Below, one piece after another: positions 56,897-64,000 of a DNA stretch of 64,000 bases; within the stretch, counting starts at the first letter, position 1, and the number at the start of each line of letters is the position of its first letter. A program made the position numbers and the translations under genes. Source of the stretch: an uncultured Planctomycetota bacterium (GTDB lineage Bacteria; Planctomycetota; Planctomycetia; Isosphaerales; Isosphaeraceae); the NCBI GenBank assembly GCA_963823665.1, contig CAWGMQ010000011.1, forward strand, positions 1-64,000, in the 5' to 3' direction. The notes under the pieces are model-generated. The model saw only the letters and a program-made list of their open reading frames with translations. It did not search any database and had not been told where the DNA came from.

Positions 56897-59800
56897 ATGA
56901 TGAATCGACGCGACCGCCACTGGAAAGTCTGCAAGCTGGTGCTTACGACGGTACTGGCGGCCCCCGGGGTCGTATTGTTGGTAGCCGCGGTCGCACCATT
57001 CTTCATCGGCTTGATTTCACCAGCAGCCCGCCTCGCAGATTCTTCGGAGCGGCTGACGCCGGAGAAACGCGAGGAGTTGAAGCATGAGGCGATCGAATTG
57101 CTCGAGTCCGCATCCCAACTCCGTCAGCGCGGGGAGATCGTTTTCGCCCTGGAGAAGACGAAGCAGGCCGTGCAGATCTGCGAACGGCTATATCCCAAGA
57201 GCGAGTATCCGGCTGGTCACGCCGCCCGGGCCGGCTGCCTGAACGAGATGGGCAGCCTACTCCAAGACCAGGGGGCCTACGCCGAGGCGCGGGAGTATTT
57301 CGAGCGGGCACTCGCGATGAACCAGGCCCTTTACCCGAAAGAGATGTGTCCGCATGGCGACCCCGACCTTGCCAGAAGCCTGAACAACCTGGGCGCCGCG
57401 CTTTGGGCCGACGGCGCCTACGTCGAGGCACGGGGTTATTACGAACGGGCGTTGGCAATGAAGGAGGCCCTCTACCCCAAGGAGCATTTTCCGCAGGGCC
57501 ACCCTGGTCTGGCCACCAGCTTGAACAACCTGGGCGCGCTGCTCGGGCACCAGGGAGCGTACAGCGAATCACGCGGGTATGTCGAGCGGGCGCTGGCGAT
57601 GTGCCAGGCACTCTACCCCAAAGAGCATTTTCCGCAAGGACACCCCGAACTGGCCAAAAGTCTGACCCTCCTGGGCGTCGTGCTCCAGCACCAGGGGGCC
57701 TACGTCGAAGCGCGCGGCTATTTCGAGCGGGCGCTGGCGATGTACCAGGCCGTCTATCCCAAAGAGAGGTATCCCCGCGGAAACCCCGACGTGGCTCAAT
57801 GCCTGGACAACCTGGGCGCAGTGCTCCAGGCGCAAGGGTCCTACGGCGGGGCGCGGGGCTATTGCGAGCGGGCGTTTTCGATGTACCAGGCCCTCTACCC
57901 CGAGCAGCGGTATCCGCACGGTCACCCCCGCCTGGCCGAAAGCCTGACCTCTCTGGGCTTCCTGGTTGACGCCCAGGGAGCGCACGCTGAGGCGCAGGGG
58001 TATTTCGAGCGGTCGCTGGCGATGTACTCGACCCTCTACCCCGAGGAGCAGTATCCGCACGGACACCCCGAGCTCGCCCGAAGCCTGCGCAACATGGCCA
58101 CCGTGCTCAAGACCCAAGGGACCCATGCCGAAGCACAGGAGTATAGCGAGCGGGCGCTAGCGATCTACCAGGCCATCTACCCCAAGGAGCGGTATCCGCA
58201 CGGACATCCGGACTTGGCCGCGAGCCTGATCAACATGGGCGTCCTGCTCCAGGTCCAAGGTGCCGACGGCGAAGCGAGAGGCTATTTCCAGCGGGCCCTG
58301 GCGATGTATCAGACCCTCTACCCCAAGGAGCAATACCCGCGCGGGCATCCCGCCCTCTCCCCAAGCCTGAACAAACTGGGCGAATTGCTTTATGCCGAGG
58401 GGAACTATCGCGAAGCGCGAGGGTACTTCGAGCGGGTGCTAGCGATGAATCAGGGCCTCTACCCCAAGGAGCTTTATCCGCAGGGGCACGACGACCTGGC
58501 CACCAGTCTCAGCAACGTTGGATCGGTACTGTACAGCCAAGGGGTCTACGGCGAGGCCAGGCCTTTTCTACAGCAATGCGTGGACATGCAGCAGCGTCTG
58601 GCCGAGATCCTGCTGGCCGCAACCTCCGAGGCCGAGGCGCTGAATCACATGGCCCAGCTCGCATTAACCCGAGACGGTTTCATCTCGGTCTGCCTCCATG
58701 TGCCCGGGAGTGACGAGGCATTGTATGACCGGCTCTGGCGCGGCAAGGCAGCCGTCGCTCGCATGCTGCAGCGCCGCCAGGCCGAGCTATTTCGCCAGGC
58801 TGCTGTCGCCCCTGGCGCCGCTCGCGACATCGAGACCTGGCGCGAAATCCGCGATGAGCTCGCCCGGTTGCTGTTGGCGACGGCGGACGGCCGCGACCAC
58901 CCTGAGCGGCTCGCACGGCTTCAGCATCTCACGGCAGATAAAGAGCGAATCGAGCGCCAATTGGCTGCGACGATTCGCGAGTTCGCCCGTCATCAGGACA
59001 TGGAGCGTAGCCGCTATACCAGGCTCGTGGAAGCGCTCCCAGAGCACATGGTCATCCTCGATATCACAAGCTACACACGCTCCGAACAGGACCCGCAGAT
59101 CAAAGGGGAGAAGGGGTGGCGCGCGACACCCAGCTACATCGGCTTCGTGCTGGCCAAGCGCCGGCCGGTGCGCGCGGTGGATCTGGGTCCAGCCGCGCCG
59201 ATCGATGAGGCGGTTGAAACCTGGCGCGAGGCCATCAAGGGGCGGCGGGCGAGTCCTGCTGCCGCGGTGCTCCGCCGCCTGGTCTGGGAACCCTTTGCGC
59301 GGCGGTTCGCGCCCGAGACGACGACCGTGGTTCTCGCTCTCGATGGCTGGTTGACCGCGGTCCCTTGGGCCGCGCTGCCGGGCGACAAGCCGGGCACCGT
59401 GCTCCTGGAGCAGTACACTTTAACCACCGTGCCCCACGCCCCGTTCCTCCTCGACCGGCTCACGGCGCCGGCGCGCCCGGCCAACGCCCGGGGTATTCTT
59501 CTGGCTGTTGGTGGCGTCGCCTACGACCAGGCCCCCAAGCCCGTCGAGGACGAGAAGACCAAACCCGAAGTATTAGCCCTGCGCCAGCCTGAGACCGGCC
59601 GCGGCCGCGGCGACGGCTGGAAGCAGCTACCCGGCACGCTCAACGAGCTGAACGCCGTGACGCGGCTCGCCGACCCTCGCACTGTGTTTCGCCTCGAGGG
59701 AGCCGAGGCCGGCACCGCGCAGCTCGTCCGCGAGCTGCCCCGCGCCCGCTGGGCACACATCGCCACGCACGGCTTTTTCGCAGATCCGAACATCCCCTCG

Positions 59801-60403
59801 GTCCTGCGGCCGGATCCCAAGCTCTTCGGCTTCGTCGGCAACGAAAATGTCGGCGTCGGCATGCGCAATCCGCTCGTCCTTTCGGGCCTGGTCCTGGCCG
59901 GCGGCAATCGGCCGAGCGCCGATGCGGACAACTCACCGCATGATGACATGGGCATCCTTACCGCCGAGGCGATCGCCGGACTTCCCTTGCAAGACCTCGA
60001 GCTAGTCGTCCTTTCCGCCTGCGAGACCGGCCTGGGATTAGTCGGCGGCGGCGAGGGGGTCTTCGGCCTCCAGCGCGCCTTCCACCTGGCCGGTGCCCAC
60101 AACGTCGTCGCCAGTCTCTGGCAGGTCGACGACCAAGCAACAGCCGCTCTGATGGCGATCTTCTACGACCAGCTCTGGCGGGAGCACAAGCCGCCGATCG
60201 AGGCGCTGCGGACCGCCCAACTCGCGATTTACCGCAATCCCGGTCTGGCGGGCCAGCTCGCCAAGCTCCGTGGCACGCCCGACTTCGACAAGCTCGTCCA
60301 CCGCCCCGAGCCGGTCCCCGGGGCCGGCCACGACCAAGAGCCGAAAAACCGCGCCCCAGTCAATCATTGGGCTGCCTTCGTTCTCTCGGGATGGGGCAAG
60401 TGA
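56897..60403 (+). CDS. Exported/membrane-anchored TPR-CHAT protease 2
   Basis: GAGGAGG RBS; hydrophobic N-terminus; ten 47-aa TPR units; HIATHGFF, LSACETG, WAAFVLSG. Confidence 0.92.
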   Translation: MMNRRDRHWKVCKLVLTTVLAAPGVVLLVAAVAPFFIGLISPAARLADSSERLTPEKREELKHEAIELLESASQLRQRGEIVFALEKTKQAVQICERLYPKSEYPAGHAARAGCLNEMGSLLQDQGAYAEAREYFERALAMNQALYPKEMCPHGDPDLARSLNNLGAALWADGAYVEARGYYERALAMKEALYPKEHFPQGHPGLATSLNNLGALLGHQGAYSESRGYVERALAMCQALYPKEHFPQGHPELAKSLTLLGVVLQHQGAYVEARGYFERALAMYQAVYPKERYPRGNPDVAQCLDNLGAVLQAQGSYGGARGYCERAFSMYQALYPEQRYPHGHPRLAESLTSLGFLVDAQGAHAEAQGYFERSLAMYSTLYPEEQYPHGHPELARSLRNMATVLKTQGTHAEAQEYSERALAIYQAIYPKERYPHGHPDLAASLINMGVLLQVQGADGEARGYFQRALAMYQTLYPKEQYPRGHPALSPSLNKLGELLYAEGNYREARGYFERVLAMNQGLYPKELYPQGHDDLATSLSNVGSVLYSQGVYGEARPFLQQCVDMQQRLAEILLAATSEAEALNHMAQLALTRDGFISVCLHVPGSDEALYDRLWRGKAAVARMLQRRQAELFRQAAVAPGAARDIETWREIRDELARLLLATADGRDHPERLARLQHLTADKERIERQLAATIREFARHQDMERSRYTRLVEALPEHMVILDITSYTRSEQDPQIKGEKGWRATPSYIGFVLAKRRPVRAVDLGPAAPIDEAVETWREAIKGRRASPAAAVLRRLVWEPFARRFAPETTTVVLALDGWLTAVPWAALPGDKPGTVLLEQYTLTTVPHAPFLLDRLTAPARPANARGILLAVGGVAYDQAPKPVEDEKTKPEVLALRQPETGRGRGDGWKQLPGTLNELNAVTRLADPRTVFRLEGAEAGTAQLVRELPRARWAHIATHGFFADPNIPSVLRPDPKLFGFVGNENVGVGMRNPLVLSGLVLAGGNRPSADADNSPHDDMGILTAEAIAGLPLQDLELVVLSACETGLGLVGGGEGVFGLQRAFHLAGAHNVVASLWQVDDQATAALMAIFYDQLWREHKPPIEALRTAQLAIYRNPGLAGQLAKLRGTPDFDKLVHRPEPVPGAGHDQEPKNRAPVNHWAAFVLSGWGK

Positions 60404-60411
60404 GGAATCGC

Positions 60412-61179
60412 ATGACAAATCGACGTGAACTCCGTGAACTCCGTGGACTGCGTTGGAAGTTGGCATTTATCCCGGTCCTGGTGACCGCCGCGTGCGGGGC
60501 TGGCGAAACGCAGGCACCGGCACCAAAGCAAGCCGACCCCGAGCCGCTGAAAGCCGTTCTCCATCTCCGAATCGGCGACCCGGCCGACGTGGGCCGCCGC
60601 AATCTTCGGCTCGACCAGCCCAACGTGCTCCCTGTCAAGGCGGGCGACTGTTTCCACATCGAAGCGCGGCTAAACCGCCGCGCCTACGTGTATCTTTTCT
60701 GGGTCGGCTCCGACGCCAAGGTCTCCCCGATGTACCCATGGATGCCCGGCCACTGGGACAAAAGGCCCGAGCGGGAGGAGAAGAGAGATCGCCTCGACCT
60801 TCCGGACCAGGCTGACAAGGCGTGGACGATCCCGACCGGAAGCCCGGGAAACGAGACGCTGCTCCTGCTCATCCGCGAAAAAAGCCCATTGCCGCGGCGG
60901 GACGAGGAGAAGCTCGCGAGGCTCTTCGCCGACGCCCAGGTGTCCAGCTCGGTCCTGATCAAAGAGGCCGTCTGGCTTGAGAACGGCCGCGAGATCACGC
61001 TCGACAAGCAAGACCGCGCGTCGCCCAGCCCGAAGACCCGCAAGAGCGATGACCCCGTGCTGCGCATCCGCAAGCTATTGAGCGACAAGGTCCAGCCGCT
61101 GGGCGACTTCTGGCAGGCCGTGGTCTTTCCGAACGAGGGGGGCAAGGAAAAGGCGAGTTCCCATCAACAAGAGAAGTAA
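60412..61179 (+). CDS. Stand-alone DUF4384-like protein, probable lipoprotein
   Basis: LAFIPVLVTAA-C lipobox-like; colinear with the kinase C-terminal domain. Confidence 0.8.
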   Translation: MTNRRELRELRGLRWKLAFIPVLVTAACGAGETQAPAPKQADPEPLKAVLHLRIGDPADVGRRNLRLDQPNVLPVKAGDCFHIEARLNRRAYVYLFWVGSDAKVSPMYPWMPGHWDKRPEREEKRDRLDLPDQADKAWTIPTGSPGNETLLLLIREKSPLPRRDEEKLARLFADAQVSSSVLIKEAVWLENGREITLDKQDRASPSPKTRKSDDPVLRIRKLLSDKVQPLGDFWQAVVFPNEGGKEKASSHQQEK

Positions 61180-61254
61180 ACGACGCATCGAATCGCGATT
61201 CTGACGGAGAGCACCGCGGACACCCGCACGGATCTTTTCCCATTCGCTGTTCGG

Positions 61255-61419
61255 CGCAGGTCTGCAACCCCGCCCAATGTCGCCCTTCGCTCCGCGAAGG
61301 GATCTCCCGGTTGGCCGCAGGTCTGCAACCCCGTCCAATGTCGCCCTTCGCTCCGCGAAGGGACCTCCTCGTTCGGCGCGGGTCTCCTGACCCCGCCGGG
61401 GCCGCGACCGGAGGTCTCC
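61255..61419 (+). repeat. Composite REP-like cluster with 61-bp period
   Basis: CGCAGGTCTGCAACCCCG.CCAATGTCGCCCTTCGCTCCGCGAAGGGA at 61255 and 61316; GGCGCGGGTCTCC...GGAGGTCTCC at 61375. Confidence 0.8.
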
Positions 61420-61445
61420 CGGCGTTTCATACGCCAATCCCAAAT

Positions 61446-61479
61446 CGATGAAAGATTTCCAGCGGGCGTGCGTAACAGA
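61446..61479 (+). promoter_or_regulatory. Putative ECF promoter, second copy
   Basis: CGATGAAAG...GCGTGCGTAACAGA. Confidence 0.5.
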
Positions 61480-61529
61480 AGGTGATAGATGAATTGGGAA
61501 GGTGCATCCTGTACAAGAAAGGGCACGCC

Positions 61530-62132
61530 ATGGCCGTCTTCATCGCCACCACTGTGCAATGGGTCATTCTCCCACTCATCATGTGCGCGATCTTCGCGTT
61601 CGCCTGGATCATCGCCAGCTCGGCAAAGACCGCCGAATTGCGCGTTTCGTCTTGGGCGGGTTTCTGGGCCGGGCTGCTCACCTTCGTTGTCTACGTCGTG
61701 AGCCAGCTCGGCCAGATCCAGGAACCAAAGCTCCAGTTCGAGAAATTGCCGGGCGTGCAATTTCTCGAGCTGGGCTGGGGACTGACCACCGGCTTTGTGT
61801 TTCTCTCGGTTGTCCGGCACGCCGTGCCCACACGCCTGGTCGGGCTGCTCACGCTCATGCTCGCCGGCTCGAGCACATCGGCACTCTTCACTTATGTCTT
61901 TATCAACCCTTCGAGGGTCTCGGTCTTGTACTGGACGCTCGGCACCGCCCTGGGGATTCTCTTGCACATCGTTCTCTTCCCCACGTCCATCGCTCACATT
62001 TTCCCCCTGGCCGATAAAAAGGATCGCTTTCTCATCGACGCACCGCGGAGGCCGGCGGCATCGACCTCTGGCGCTGCGGGAACAGGCGAGTCATCGCTCA
62101 ATGCCCAGCCGCTTCAACCCGCAGCCGCTTGA
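61530..62132 (+). CDS. Polytopic membrane protein (5-6 TM)
   Basis: Multiple hydrophobic helices. Confidence 0.75.
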   Translation: MAVFIATTVQWVILPLIMCAIFAFAWIIASSAKTAELRVSSWAGFWAGLLTFVVYVVSQLGQIQEPKLQFEKLPGVQFLELGWGLTTGFVFLSVVRHAVPTRLVGLLTLMLAGSSTSALFTYVFINPSRVSVLYWTLGTALGILLHIVLFPTSIAHIFPLADKKDRFLIDAPRRPAASTSGAAGTGESSLNAQPLQPAAA

Positions 62133-62238
62133 GCGCTGGGTCTCTCAGATCATGTTGGCAAGATTCTGACTCTCCGTAAGTCCGTGTACTGACTACGAGT
62201 GACTTTCAAGGTCCGATCGACGAGAGGAAACACCGATC

Positions 62239-63729
62239 ATGAAAAGCATCGTCCAATGGCTCACGGCAACATTGACCCTTGCCGTGCCGTTACTGGGCGC
62301 CCAGGCCCACGCCGGCGGCTCGGCCGATTCGGTCGTCAAGGTGTTCACCCAGATGCGGCTGCCCAACCCGGTGCGGCCGTGGATCAAGCAGAATCCCGTC
62401 GAGGTGATGGGCAGCGGCGTGGTCATCGAGCGGAAAACGGATCCTCACCAACGCCCATCTGGTCCTCTACGCGGATGAGGTCTTCGTTCAAGGCGGCCGA
62501 GGGGGCGACCGGGTCGAGGCCAAAGTGGCCGCGATCGGGCCGGGTATCGACCTGGCCGTGCTGACACTCGACGACGAGACGTTCTTCGCCAAGCGGCCCC
62601 CGATCGTCCGCGCGTCGAAGCTTCCCGAGATCACGTCGCGGGTCGCGGTTCAGGGCTTTCCGGTCGGCGGCACCAGCCTCTCGACCACCCAGGGAACGGT
62701 GGCGCGCATCGAGTACGACTTCTACGAGACCGGCGCGGCGGGCTTGCGAATCCAGGTCGACGCCGCGATCAACCCGGCAACAGCGGTGGGCCAGCCGTGA
62801 TCGACGGCAAGATGATCGGTGTGATCTCGGGCCATGCCGAGAACATCGGTTACATCATCCCCAACCAGGAGATCGACGACTTTCTGACCGATGTCGCCGA
62901 CGGTCGTTACGAGGGCAAGCCTTACATCTTCGACCAGTTGCAGACGATGGAAAACGAGGCGCTGCGCGGCAAGCTCGGCGCTGGCGAAGGACGTGCACGG
63001 GCTGATGGTCCGCGAGCCGAAGCACCGCGATCCGTCTTACCCGCTCAAGGAGTTCGACATCCTGACGCGAATCGGCACGCACGAGATCGACAACGAGGGG
63101 ATGATCCAGGCGGAGGACAATCTTCCGACTTTCGTTCATGTCGCAGGTCCCGAAGCTCGTCCGCAATGGGACGGTGCCGGTGACCGTGCTGCGTGCCGGC
63201 AAGACGATCGAGGTGGCCCTGCCGGTCAGTCGCGAGCCTGACCAGTTGCTCCGCGGCTATGACGGCGCGCTACCCGTCTTACTTCGTTTGCGGCCCGCTG
63301 GTCTTCTCGCCGGTGGTCTCCAACGCGGTCCGTTACTACTTCCAGTACAACCCTGGTCTCGGCGGTCGCAACAGCCCGCTGTCGACCCGGCGCTCCGACC
63401 GGGCGCACTTCCCGGGCGAAGAGCTCGTCGTGGTCACGGCACCGCTGCTTCGGACCCGGATGACCAAGGGCTACGCAGACCCATTCGGACAGGTCCTGAG
63501 CGAGGTAAACGGGACCAAGGTCAAGAACCTCGCGCACCTGGTCGAGCTGATCCGGTCAAGCAAGGACGAATACCTCACCTTCCGGTTCGCCGAGGACTAC
63601 AGCGAGACGCTGGTCTTCCGCCGCAAGGCGATGCTCGACGCGACCGAGTCGCTCATGAGCGAGAACGGCATTCCCCGCCGGGGAAGCGACGATGTGCTGG
63701 CGGTCTGGAACGGCAAGGTCGGGAAATGA
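62239..63729 (+). CDS. Exported Deg/HtrA-like trypsin protease with PDZ domains, about 5 frameshifts
   Basis: Signal peptide AQAHA; GSGVVI, ILTNAH, DLAVL and DAAINPGNSGGP across frames; YPSYFVCGPLVF...VNGTKVKNL. Confidence 0.85.
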
Positions 63730-63832
63730 ATTGAACGAGAGCGGAATTCGCTTTCTCGCGCGGGTGGTGAAGCCAGCCTGGCCTGGCCCCACCCGCAAGC
63801 TTCACGACCAGAGCGCGAGACCGAGTATTGTT

Positions 63833-63861
63833 GTCGCAGGCACACTCCGTGTGCCGTCCGC
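63833..63861 (+). repeat. REP-like palindrome, copy of 23600-23628
   Basis: GCAGGCACACTCCGTGTGCCGTCCGC identical. Confidence 0.75.
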
Positions 63862-64000
63862 TTTGACGTCGGCGCACCCGCTCTCACGGCTCGTTTTTGG
63901 CGAACACATCGGGCACGCGGACGACGAACCCTCGCAACACGGTGCCGCCATCGAGCGATTGGTTCTCGTCGAGAAGAATCGACCGATCAAGCGCCGTGCA

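Overview
High-GC bacterial DNA, very probably a planctomycete (Isosphaeraceae-like). Support: LExRxLL(S)-type export signals, a TIGR03067 protein, planctomycete-type ECF sigmas and kinases, and many palindromic intergenic repeats. Frequent single-base frameshifts suggest an imperfectly polished long-read assembly. The window has four parts. (1) 1-23.5 kb is an accessory patchwork of small membrane/secreted genes, duplicated modules, gene fragments and IS remnants (ISAzo13, IS66). (2) 20.4-36.1 kb holds two near-identical inverted IS66 copies, each interrupting a gene, around a giant secreted protein coupled to a PEP-CTERM protein. (3) 36.7-49.2 kb is a Ser/Thr kinase followed by a ~3530-aa surface protein with 24 Ig-like repeats in a 5-unit higher-order period. 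(4) 50.4-63.7 kb is the best candidate for an undescribed system: ECF sigma, Zn-finger/Ser-Thr kinase/TM/DUF4384-like protein, two exported TPR-CHAT (caspase-like) proteases, a stand-alone DUF4384-like lipoprotein, a membrane protein and a Deg/HtrA protease. A duplicated ECF-type promoter motif lies upstream of both the sigma and the last two genes. No rRNA, tRNA or CRISPR array was found. Family names come from motif recognition, not database searches.
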